A stretch of DNA of 64,000 bases, from IMG/VR virus record IMGVR_UViG_3300025174_000005, one strand, 5' to 3'. Positions 1 to 8,539 of the stretch are shown here, piece after piece; position 1 is the first letter of the stretch, and each line of letters starts with the position of its first letter. The notes beneath the pieces were generated by a model. The model was not told the origin of the DNA and did not search any database. It was given only the letters and a program-made list of their open reading frames with translations. The position numbers and the translations under genes were made by a program. This DNA is from a virus.

Positions 1-1
1 A

Positions 2-2860
2 AATAATGAGGGCTGGCGTAATCTTAAAATACTATCAACTCGTAGCTATACAGAGGGCTTCTATAAGAAGCCCTGTATAGATAGAAATTTATTGGCTCAA
101 AATAATGAGGGATTAATAATACTATCTGGATGTTTAAATAGTGACATAAACAAAGCAGTGCTGGCAGGACAATTCTTACAAGCAGATCGATTAATTGAAT
201 GGTATGCCACTAAGTTCCCAGGCAGATTCTATCTAGAGCTACAACCTCACCTTCATATGTCTGATCAAGTACTAGTAAATGAATATCTCTTAGATGCATC
301 TAAGCAAAAAGGCATACCAGCTGTATTAACATGTGATAGCCACTATGTTAAGGAACAGGATCATGAGCTCCACAAGATATGGCTGATGCTTGCTCAGGAT
401 GCAGATGAAAGTAGCCAGTATGTTAACTGGTCAGAGGGATGCTGGTTCCGTCCTGGCGGCTCCATAGATACAATACCTGATTCGGCAATTAGTATTACAC
501 AACTAATAGCAGATCAATGTAATGTTGAGATACCACTAGGTAAAACACTATGGCCTAAGTTCCCTGTTCCGTCAGGATACAAGGGGTATGATGATTATCT
601 ATCTGACTTATGTATTAATAAGTGCATGGAGTATACCAGTGCTTACAATAAAGATACCAATTTATATTTAACTAGACTTCGTAAGGAATTGGATACGATT
701 AAGCAGCTGGGTTTTAGTGTTTATTTTCTCTTAGTTCAAGATTACACTTCTTACGCGCGTTGCGCGTGTGTTCCAGTTGGGAGTGGGCGAGGATCGGGAG
801 TTGGTAGTCTAGTAGCATTCCTTACTGGTATAACTAGCATAGATCCTATCGAACATAATATAATGTTTGAGAGATTCTTAACTCCAGGTCGAAAGTCCTT
901 GCCTGATATTGATGTTGATTTCTCAACCAGTGGTGTAGAGAAAGTATATAAGTATTTAATACAAAAGTACGGCGAAGATAATATTGCACGTATAGGTACA
1001 TTTGCGACAGTAGGAGCGCGTCAAGCGCTACGTGATACAGCAAGAATACTTAATTCTAAAGAGACAGTAATATCCAAAGAAGATGTTAATTCTATTAAAG
1101 ATTTAATACCTGATGATCCAGATCTAGACAACAAAGCCCTTATATCTCTAGAAGCTGCTTGTGAAATAAGCAATGACCTGCGTGACTTACGTGAAAAGAG
1201 TGATAGTCACAGACAGTGGTTTAAGATAGCAGAGTCATTTATAGGACTACATAGACAGGGTAGCGTACATGCGTCTGGCGTAGTTATATCACCCGATCCC
1301 ATACACGAGCATGTTCCCTTATATGTCCGCAATGAGACAAAGATATCTCAGTATGATATGAATGTAATTGAGCTATCTGGACTACTTAAATTTGATTTAT
1401 TACGCATCGATCAACTGGATGTTGTGCAAAAAACCATAGAGTTTATAGATAGAGAAGACATAACTGTTAATACTCAGTTTCCCCTAGATGATGAGCGCAC
1501 ATATGCGCTACTTAGATCAGGTAAGACAAAGGGAGTATTCCAACTTGGTACACGATTGATGCGTAATCTCTTACGCGATGTTAAACCTACATGCTTCTTT
1601 GATGTTGTAGCTACTGTATCACTTGGTAGAACAGCTATACTCCAAGCAAAAGCACATGAGCGCTTCATAGCTCGTAAAAACGGTAAGGAGGAAGTAGATT
1701 ATCCAGATCCTAGATTACAACCAATACTGGAAGAAACTTATGGAATTATATTATTTCAAGACCAGGCACTGCAAATTGCAGTAGAAGCTGCAGGGTATGA
1801 TTGGCTTGAGGCAGATAAGCTAAGGAAAATCTTAGGTAAGAAAATCAAGTCTCAAGTTCAAGAAGAAAAAGAAAAATTTGTAAACGGTTGCATAGCTAAT
1901 AACTATAGTAAGGAAGTAGCTAACGATCTGTTTGAAAAGGTAGCCTACTTCGCAGGTTATGGTTTTGGTAAGGGTCATGCTGTTGGATATGGACACCTAT
2001 CATACACTACCGCATATTTAAAAGCTAATTTTCCAGCAGAATATATGTCAGCACTTATATCAGTAGAAGCAGAGGGCGGTACAGATAGAGAAAAACTCAA
2101 AGAACTTCTTGATGACTGTAGAGATAGTGGGTTAGTTATACTATCTCCTGATATCAATGATTCTCTCAGTGGATTTGATCCAGTTCAAGGCACTAAATAT
2201 ATACAATACGGCTTACGGGCCCTACCTAACGTAGGTGTAGCAGCTGTGCGTGAGATAGAAAAACATAGACCCTACGGTTCCTTCGATGAGTTTCTAGAGA
2301 AAACACGAGCACTTACAGCATCTACACCAAGAGGTAAGGGAAAGGGTAGGTTTGGTTCGGGCATAACAAAGCAAACAATACATAACCTAATATATGCTGG
2401 TGCATTTGATAAATTTGGTCAAAGAGATTTATTAATGCACCAATTCCTTATACTTAATGAAACAGTTAAATATAAGCGTCAAGCCCTAATAGATGTTGGA
2501 CCAACAATACAGCCTATTAAACAACTTATTGTACAGCAATATGAATTATGTATGATACCATACTTGGGGATAGTGCCGAAGCCCGCTAGACCAGCTATAG
2601 CAACAGGCATAGTAACTAAGAAATTACTAAATCAAACAAGTAAAACAAATAAACCATATCATAAAGTGGTTATAGAAACATCTACTTCACCAGTACAGGT
2701 CTATGCATTTGGTTATGCCATGAAATCTAAGGTTTGGAATGAAGTTGAGGTAAATGATATTATATATACATATGGAAATGAAAAAGACAGTAGTGATCAA
2801 AGGGTTGTATTCGCTAATGATATAGTGCGAGTACCTACATTAACTATGATATTAACCTAG
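2..2860 (+). CDS. dnaE: DNA polymerase III alpha subunit (family C), 5' end lies upstream of the window
   Basis: Frame is open from nt 2 (NNEGWRNLKILSTRSYTEGFYKKP, PHP domain). Has GSGRGSG, the catalytic PDIDVDF, HASGVVI, LEETYGIILFQDQ, YGFGKGHA and a C-terminal OB fold. No intein seen. Confidence 0.95.
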   Translation, partial: NNEGWRNLKILSTRSYTEGFYKKPCIDRNLLAQNNEGLIILSGCLNSDINKAVLAGQFLQADRLIEWYATKFPGRFYLELQPHLHMSDQVLVNEYLLDASKQKGIPAVLTCDSHYVKEQDHELHKIWLMLAQDADESSQYVNWSEGCWFRPGGSIDTIPDSAISITQLIADQCNVEIPLGKTLWPKFPVPSGYKGYDDYLSDLCINKCMEYTSAYNKDTNLYLTRLRKELDTIKQLGFSVYFLLVQDYTSYARCACVPVGSGRGSGVGSLVAFLTGITSIDPIEHNIMFERFLTPGRKSLPDIDVDFSTSGVEKVYKYLIQKYGEDNIARIGTFATVGARQALRDTARILNSKETVISKEDVNSIKDLIPDDPDLDNKALISLEAACEISNDLRDLREKSDSHRQWFKIAESFIGLHRQGSVHASGVVISPDPIHEHVPLYVRNETKISQYDMNVIELSGLLKFDLLRIDQLDVVQKTIEFIDREDITVNTQFPLDDERTYALLRSGKTKGVFQLGTRLMRNLLRDVKPTCFFDVVATVSLGRTAILQAKAHERFIARKNGKEEVDYPDPRLQPILEETYGIILFQDQALQIAVEAAGYDWLEADKLRKILGKKIKSQVQEEKEKFVNGCIANNYSKEVANDLFEKVAYFAGYGFGKGHAVGYGHLSYTTAYLKANFPAEYMSALISVEAEGGTDREKLKELLDDCRDSGLVILSPDINDSLSGFDPVQGTKYIQYGLRALPNVGVAAVREIEKHRPYGSFDEFLEKTRALTASTPRGKGKGRFGSGITKQTIHNLIYAGAFDKFGQRDLLMHQFLILNETVKYKRQALIDVGPTIQPIKQLIVQQYELCMIPYLGIVPKPARPAIATGIVTKKLLNQTSKTNKPYHKVVIETSTSPVQVYAFGYAMKSKVWNEVEVNDIIYTYGNEKDSSDQRVVFANDIVRVPTLTMILT

Positions 2861-2863
2861 CTT

Positions 2864-3208
2864 ATGTCACTAAGGCGATACAAGAAGAGAATGGTAAAGA
2901 AGTATGGGAACCTCTGTTGGTATTGCCTTAACGAATTTAATGTGGATGAACTAACTATAGACCATATAGTTCCAGAAGCAATAGGTGGAGAAAGCACCAT
3001 AAGCAATTACGCTTTAGCATGTATGGATTGTAATGAATCTAAGGATATTATGAGTCTGAATGATTTTATTGAAGTCTCAAAATTTGAGAATAGAATAAAA
3101 GAATTACAAGAGGAGGATATGGATTATGGTAAAATCGAGCAAGCCATCTCGACCTACATCAAAGAATTCCAAGGGAAAGGCAAAAAGAAAAAGCCCAAAA
3201 GGAAATAG
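2864..3208 (+). CDS. HNH endonuclease
   Basis: CWYC...TIDHIVPEAIGGESTISNYALACMDCNESK is a zinc-binding HNH motif. Confidence 0.9.
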   Translation: MSLRRYKKRMVKKYGNLCWYCLNEFNVDELTIDHIVPEAIGGESTISNYALACMDCNESKDIMSLNDFIEVSKFENRIKELQEEDMDYGKIEQAISTYIKEFQGKGKKKKPKRK

Positions 3209-3313
3209 TCAGTGTGGTAGCCCCTTTCCTGGACAAGGACCAACTTATCCATCCGAGTTCCCAGGTATGACATCCAAACGACCAAGAGGTTTTGAATAAT
3301 TGACACAAATTCA

Positions 3314-3348
3314 ACGAACCTGTCAATTAAAGACAGGTTCGTCTTTGT
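3314..3348 (+). terminator. Intrinsic terminator-like hairpin, possibly conditional
   Basis: 11-bp stem acgaacctgtc/gacaggttcgt, 7-nt loop, followed by ctttgttt. Confidence 0.65.
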
Positions 3349-3383
3349 TTAGTGTATATAAGTATACATAATAGGAGGTTAAA

Positions 3384-3608
3384 ATGATTAACGATTTCGC
3401 ATTTCCATTAAGTAAAACAGAAGCGGAATTAGTTGCTGATATAATATCTCTCTACTTAGCTGTTATGCCTGATAAGATGCATAAGCGTGTAGAGGAAACA
3501 GTCCTAGAGAAAGCGGAAGAGATAGCTTTGCTAGCTCTGCGATTACGCAACTATGTAAATAACACAACCACACATGAGATTCCTGAACGTGAAGAATTCA
3601 TTGATTAA
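3384..3608 (+). CDS. Hypothetical protein
   Basis: 74-aa ORF with an AGGAGG RBS. Confidence 0.7.
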   Translation: MINDFAFPLSKTEAELVADIISLYLAVMPDKMHKRVEETVLEKAEEIALLALRLRNYVNNTTTHEIPEREEFID

Positions 3609-3641
3609 ACTACTAAAAATTAACAATGGCGCGGAGGTAAG

Positions 3642-4373
3642 ATGATTAGAGGTATATCTATTTCAGGTAAGATGTGCACAGGTAAAGACTTATTAGCTGC
3701 ATATTATTGTAGTATTATACCACTCTTAACTAATGGTGAATATGTTGGTGAGCAAATTGCGTTTGCAGATAAACTAAAGACACTTACAGATCACACCAAC
3801 ATACTTATCTTTATGCGTGATTGTTATGAGCTGGGGTACTCAGAAGCAGATGTTAAAATCATGGAAGCAGCAATACATAGGTGTCACGATAAACATCCTC
3901 TTATTCCTGGCAGAAAACCAAGAGAATTTCTCCAAGATCTAGGCGTACAACTAAGAAGTATTAATTCTAATATCTGGATAGAACATTTGAAACTACAACT
4001 TAGTAGATCAATCAACAATAATATAATGTATGTAATATCTGACTGTAGGTTTAAGAATGAGATAGAGTTTGCCAATAATCACAACCTAACAAGGGTCATA
4101 CTCCATACAGAGGAAGAGATTAGACGAGATAGGGTGCGTATATTTAGAGGAGCAGATCAAGCTACAGAAGAAATCTTCAATCATATAAGTGAAAGAGATT
4201 TAGATAATTTACCATCAAGTAATTTTGATATTAATATAAATAATAGTTCATCACTAATTCATCTGTTTAATAATAGTAAAAATCAATTGTATGGTAAGTT
4301 AACTTACCAACGTATGAATAAGGTTGTGGTAGAGGCTGTTAAGTCTTGGCGAAGTGGATTCTTAGGATGCTAG
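3642..4373 (+). CDS. Deoxynucleoside monophosphate kinase (phage dNMP kinase type)
   Basis: GKMCTGKD P-loop, FADKLK, PREFLQDLG, VISDCRFKNE and HISE motifs. Confidence 0.85.
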   Translation: MIRGISISGKMCTGKDLLAAYYCSIIPLLTNGEYVGEQIAFADKLKTLTDHTNILIFMRDCYELGYSEADVKIMEAAIHRCHDKHPLIPGRKPREFLQDLGVQLRSINSNIWIEHLKLQLSRSINNNIMYVISDCRFKNEIEFANNHNLTRVILHTEEEIRRDRVRIFRGADQATEEIFNHISERDLDNLPSSNFDININNSSSLIHLFNNSKNQLYGKLTYQRMNKVVVEAVKSWRSGFLGC

Positions 4374-4837
4374 GAGGACAATTAAGATTTAAGGGTAATT
4401 CTATTCTAGATAGAATATCTAAGAAAGTAGTTAATCCTGCCGATACCAATATACACGCTCTACTACAATATATGATAAAGATATGTGATGAAAATGGTGG
4501 TATAGGCCTAGCTGCTTCACAAGTGGGAGTATTATTACAAGTTATTATCTTTAAACACAAAGATAAGTATTATGAATTAATTAATCCTAAGATATATAGT
4601 ATGCAAGATGAGTTTGAATCCACAGAGGGATGTCTATCATTCCCAGGAGAACAATATCAAGTAAAAAGGTTTAAGCAAATAGAAGTTGGGTACTATAACA
4701 AACAAAGTAAGCATACCAGACAGTTTTTTGATGGCATGTCAGCTGTTATAATACAGCATGAAATAGATCATCTAAAGGGTATAACATTAGCTATAAGTGG
4801 TAAATTAATTATCCGAGAGGAAGATAATCATGCCTAA
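4346..4837 (+). CDS. def: Peptide deformylase
   Basis: All three PDF motifs present: GIGLAASQVG, EGCLS, QHEIDHLKG. Confidence 0.95.
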   Translation: MAKWILRMLGGQLRFKGNSILDRISKKVVNPADTNIHALLQYMIKICDENGGIGLAASQVGVLLQVIIFKHKDKYYELINPKIYSMQDEFESTEGCLSFPGEQYQVKRFKQIEVGYYNKQSKHTRQFFDGMSAVIIQHEIDHLKGITLAISGKLIIREEDNHA

Positions 4838-5297
4838 AGCAAAGTCACCACCAACAACTAAACTTACTAAAAAGAACCCATTCATATCTATACCAACACC
4901 TTCAGCTGAGTTAACGCTAATGGCTGAGGAATATGTGGAATTGGGTGGTCAGAAGAAATTACTTGAAGCTAGAATAGATGAACTTAAGAAGTCATTGCTT
5001 ATAGCAGCAGAACAATTTGGTAGAGAAGATACTAAGAAGAATAAGTATTTTGAAATAAGATCTGATTTAGTTCTCAAGAAAGAAGCTCGCCACCTAATTA
5101 CATTTAATGTAGAGGTAGCTAAAGAAATATTAATGAAAAAAGGTCAAGTCATATTTGATGCCTGTACCACTACTACAGTCAATATAGACGAGAGCAAGGT
5201 ACGTAATGCTGTAGAGATAGGATTAATCAGTCGAAATGAACTTTCAGATATGCTGCAAGAAAAGATATCATATTCATTCTATATTAATAAGCCATGA
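4830..5297 (+). CDS. Hypothetical phage protein with an N-terminal coiled coil
   Basis: 155-aa ORF coupled to both neighbours; heptad pattern in KKLLEARIDELKKSLL. Confidence 0.65.
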   Translation: MPKAKSPPTTKLTKKNPFISIPTPSAELTLMAEEYVELGGQKKLLEARIDELKKSLLIAAEQFGREDTKKNKYFEIRSDLVLKKEARHLITFNVEVAKEILMKKGQVIFDACTTTTVNIDESKVRNAVEIGLISRNELSDMLQEKISYSFYINKP

Positions 5298-5797
5298 AGA
5301 AATTTTGGTTAGTTATCTTATTTATGGTTATGCTTAATTTATATACATACGCAACTTCTAATCTAGAGATTGTTTCTCAAGATAACGATGCTACATTTGC
5401 AATTAATAGAGCCTACAACACATTAATATCACAGGGGTATACCGATACCCTTATCTACTTAAGAAAAGTTATTTATAGCGCAAACATCAAGCGCTCAGAG
5501 GTAAGGGGAGATAAGGCAATATTCTATTTAAAAGAACACCCTATTAAAGATATGTCTAGTTCGTGGTTAGCTTCAGTATTACTCCATGAAGCATGGCATC
5601 TTCGCCTTAGGGATAAGGGGAAGCCATGGTATGGTTTAGCTGGTGAGAAAGTATGTCTCACACATCAGCTAGAGTATCTTAAGAAGTATGGAGCCAAACA
5701 CGATATTAGGTGGGCAGAATATGTTCTTAGGAATATAGAAGATCCAGCCTATCAATGGTGGAGAGATGGTATTGTTATACCACCTATAATTAAATGA
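5294..5797 (+). CDS. Secreted protein with an HExxH motif (putative zinc metallopeptidase)
   Basis: Signal peptide MKKFWLVILFMVMLNLYTYA; LLHEAWH followed by a downstream GE. Confidence 0.6.
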   Translation: MKKFWLVILFMVMLNLYTYATSNLEIVSQDNDATFAINRAYNTLISQGYTDTLIYLRKVIYSANIKRSEVRGDKAIFYLKEHPIKDMSSSWLASVLLHEAWHLRLRDKGKPWYGLAGEKVCLTHQLEYLKKYGAKHDIRWAEYVLRNIEDPAYQWWRDGIVIPPIIK

Positions 5798-6063
5798 ATA
5801 ATATGGATGGTGTTTCAGAGGTAATATATGAGTGGGGAAATACTTATTGTAGCTATCTAGTGTTAAACTATGAAAATACACTATGTAGTAAAATTAAACC
5901 AGACATGGTATATCATAGTCATTACAGTAAGATCGTAATTAAAAAAACAAAAATAATGAGCACAGATCAATGTGGTTGTGGAAGTTTGCATATTGTATCA
6001 TTGCCAGATACTGCCAAACATATAGGACCATCGGATATGGCAAGAATACTTTTAGGGATATAG
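5794..6063 (+). CDS. Small ORFan, RxLLG-tail family member A
   Basis: Ends GPSDMARILLGI*; overlaps the upstream stop codon. Confidence 0.65.
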   Translation: MNNMDGVSEVIYEWGNTYCSYLVLNYENTLCSKIKPDMVYHSHYSKIVIKKTKIMSTDQCGCGSLHIVSLPDTAKHIGPSDMARILLGI

Positions 6064-6064
6064 T

Positions 6065-6319
6065 ATGCATAAAGCTACAAGAGTAACCATTACTACCCCA
6101 ATTATAATACCGCATAGCTTGAGAATAAATGCGGCAACAGTTATACAACATAATCTAAAAAATGAACTTCGTGATATATATATCTATCCAGATCATATCA
6201 AAAATCACACAGCAACAGAAAAAGATATAATAGGAGCAGATAATATGTTTCAGTTTTGTATACCAGAAGACATATGTAGAGCATTACTTGATATATATAA
6301 TACTGAATCACATGGATAA
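6065..6319 (+). CDS. Small ORFan, RxLLG-tail family member B
   Basis: Contains IYIYPDHI and IPEDICRALLDI near the C-terminus. Confidence 0.65.
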   Translation: MHKATRVTITTPIIIPHSLRINAATVIQHNLKNELRDIYIYPDHIKNHTATEKDIIGADNMFQFCIPEDICRALLDIYNTESHG

Positions 6320-6545
6320 ATATGTAATTACTTGGGAAATAGACACAACAGAAGAGTGGTATATTATAAGTGAGACACTTGAATTTCCATGTCTTAATGA
6401 TGCGTATGACTACGGCAATACTAGAGCAACCAGATTAACCGCAGACGAAGTTGTTTGCACTCTAGCATCAGTCGCTACAGTACCCGTAGATAATCATCAA
6501 TTATTAGACAGTCTAGATGAATTTATTTTTGAGGAGTATATGTAA
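6288..6545 (+). CDS. Hypothetical acidic protein
   Basis: Fills the gap between family members B and C; true start is probably the internal MDKY. Confidence 0.6.
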   Translation: MIYIILNHMDKYVITWEIDTTEEWYIISETLEFPCLNDAYDYGNTRATRLTADEVVCTLASVATVPVDNHQLLDSLDEFIFEEYM

Positions 6546-6549
6546 TCCT

Positions 6550-6771
6550 ATGAAAATAACTATTATGCAAATACAAAATACAATCTATAGATTTATAGAA
6601 AAACAATTACTCAAAGAAAATACAGTTATAGCCGCCTATGAAGTCACACCACACCGCATAATAGCCTCAGAATGGAGCACAGACAATGCATGCGGTATGC
6701 TCTCTCCTACACCATATAAATCAACATCAACACCTGCGTCTGTTAGTAGAATCTTACTAGGATTACCATGA
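6550..6771 (+). CDS. Small ORFan, RxLLG-tail family member C (track start 6517; probable ATG 6550)
   Basis: Contains YEVTPHRI and STDNACG; ends TPASVSRILLGLP*. Confidence 0.65.
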   Translation: MKITIMQIQNTIYRFIEKQLLKENTVIAAYEVTPHRIIASEWSTDNACGMLSPTPYKSTSTPASVSRILLGLP

Positions 6772-7682
6772 CAAGAAATATATACAAAACCATAATACTT
6801 ATTTTACTATTATTGCCAACTTGTTCCTTTGCGGAACAAGTTGTTATAAGTAATGCTCCAGAAACAATTACATCTGGTGGTATATTATATCAACTCAACA
6901 ACTTCTCAGGTAAAGCAAGGTTGATTATACATCATAAGAATATGCAGTTTACAGATATTACTGAGGAAGGTAATCAGTTTAGTTTGATTATTACCCCTGT
7001 TAATAAACAGGCCAATGTAATCTTAGTTGGTGGTAAGGACACAAGTAGAAGTGGATACGTAGCAGGAGTTAATTCAACCAATAAATACTTAGAGTTAACC
7101 CAGGCAATGCCTCCTAGCCACCTAACCACAGGCGAATCTATAAATAATAAGTTGTTAATTACTAAACCTGTTAAAATATTATTAGGAACAGCTCATAGAT
7201 ATGAAGTATTCTCTATAACAGGAGATATAGAAACAGATGAGCCTATTAATATACAGGTGATATTTGGTAGAGCTAGTTACTTGGCCCAAGGACGTAGTCA
7301 TCACATAGCTGGTATTTATAGATATAATATAACTGCTTATGATATTAAGAAGGACACTACGGTGTCCTTGGGCATGTCACCATATTTAACAGACCCTATC
7401 ACTGGTCATACCAATAAGGGCAACTATGGTATTACTACAAAATTAAAGCTATCTATGTCCTTTAAAGAACGTAAATTAACTATAAGTGCAAGAGGTGGAA
7501 GGGCTTATGTGGTATTACACATTCGTTCATGTTTGGATACACCTGAAGGGTCATGGGTAATAGTTGATTTACAAGCGTATGAATCAGCTACGTATGTATT
7601 GTCTAAGGGTGAAATGACTATTACAACTTATCCTATACCTGGTAGTGCTTATCCAGTTAGGTTGCAATTTAAAGAAAACTAA
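6768..7682 (+). CDS. Secreted beta-rich protein, probably host-derived (SNAPE..GILY / RL..HHKN / GNYG pattern)
   Basis: Signal peptide ending CSFA-EQ. The pattern is one I associate with bacterial cell-envelope hypotheticals; not verified. Confidence 0.55.
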   Translation: MTRNIYKTIILILLLLPTCSFAEQVVISNAPETITSGGILYQLNNFSGKARLIIHHKNMQFTDITEEGNQFSLIITPVNKQANVILVGGKDTSRSGYVAGVNSTNKYLELTQAMPPSHLTTGESINNKLLITKPVKILLGTAHRYEVFSITGDIETDEPINIQVIFGRASYLAQGRSHHIAGIYRYNITAYDIKKDTTVSLGMSPYLTDPITGHTNKGNYGITTKLKLSMSFKERKLTISARGGRAYVVLHIRSCLDTPEGSWVIVDLQAYESATYVLSKGEMTITTYPIPGSAYPVRLQFKEN

Positions 7683-7689
7683 GTATAAT
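7662..7689 (+). promoter_or_regulatory. Sigma70-type promoter upstream of clpP
   Basis: TTGCAA-N16-TATAAT followed by an AGGAGG RBS. Confidence 0.5.
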
Positions 7690-7725
7690 ATACTTGCAAT
7701 TGACAATTATTAGGAGGTTATTGAT

Positions 7726-8277
7726 ATGGAACCAACACCCGCTCCGCCACCGAATATTGGCGCAAGAAACTTACGTGACTATAATATTATACGCTTGTTT
7801 AAATCACCAGAAGATTGCGTAGATCAGATAGTAGAGGACTTATTACTTATAGATCTAAATAGTAATAGTGATCCAATTCAAATACTCGTTAATTGTCCAG
7901 GTGGTAGTACATCAGCAGCATTTACTATTATAGATGTAATTAATTATATACGTCCTCGTAATCAAATTATAACAGTTGGTGTAGGAGATGTGTGTTCTGC
8001 AGGATTAGACATATTCTTAGCAGGAGATGTGCGTAAGATAACCAAAAGAGCATCCATACTATCTCATCACTTTATATGGGGTAACCACGGATCTCAGCCA
8101 GCTTTGTTAGCAAGGAGAAGGGAAGAAGATTTATTAGTAGAAAGATGTATAGATTGGTACATAGAACGCACAGGACTATCGAGAGAAGACGTGCTTAAAT
8201 ATTTATTAAGAGATCATGATGCATGGCTTAGTGCTGACGAAGCACTTCTATATAATATAGCCACAGAAATAATTTAA
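7726..8277 (+). CDS. clpP: ClpP-like protease subunit
   Basis: VNCPGGS, catalytic Ser in VCSAG, His in ILSHH, RDHDAWLSADEALLYNIATEII. Confidence 0.9.
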   Translation: MEPTPAPPPNIGARNLRDYNIIRLFKSPEDCVDQIVEDLLLIDLNSNSDPIQILVNCPGGSTSAAFTIIDVINYIRPRNQIITVGVGDVCSAGLDIFLAGDVRKITKRASILSHHFIWGNHGSQPALLARRREEDLLVERCIDWYIERTGLSREDVLKYLLRDHDAWLSADEALLYNIATEII

Positions 8278-8289
8278 AAAGGAGATAAA

Positions 8290-8538
8290 ATGAATTATAT
8301 TTTAGATTTATTAATTAAACTAGGATCAACAACTAAAGCAATGTTAGCCCTACTAATGTCTATAGCAGCCACTACAATCAAGAGATTATACCATACCATA
8401 CATGCAGCACTAATGTTTTGTATTATATTCTTACCCATCATATTATTGGCAACAAGTAATACATTTGGTTTATCACCCATATTACTTGTTTTAATTACTA
8501 TATTTAATACTTATGTTATGTATGAGGATTTAAAATAA
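8290..8538 (+). CDS. Small membrane protein
   Basis: 2-3 hydrophobic segments; AAGGAG RBS. Confidence 0.6.
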   Translation: MNYILDLLIKLGSTTKAMLALLMSIAATTIKRLYHTIHAALMFCIIFLPIILLATSNTFGLSPILLVLITIFNTYVMYEDLK

Positions 8539-8539
8539 G

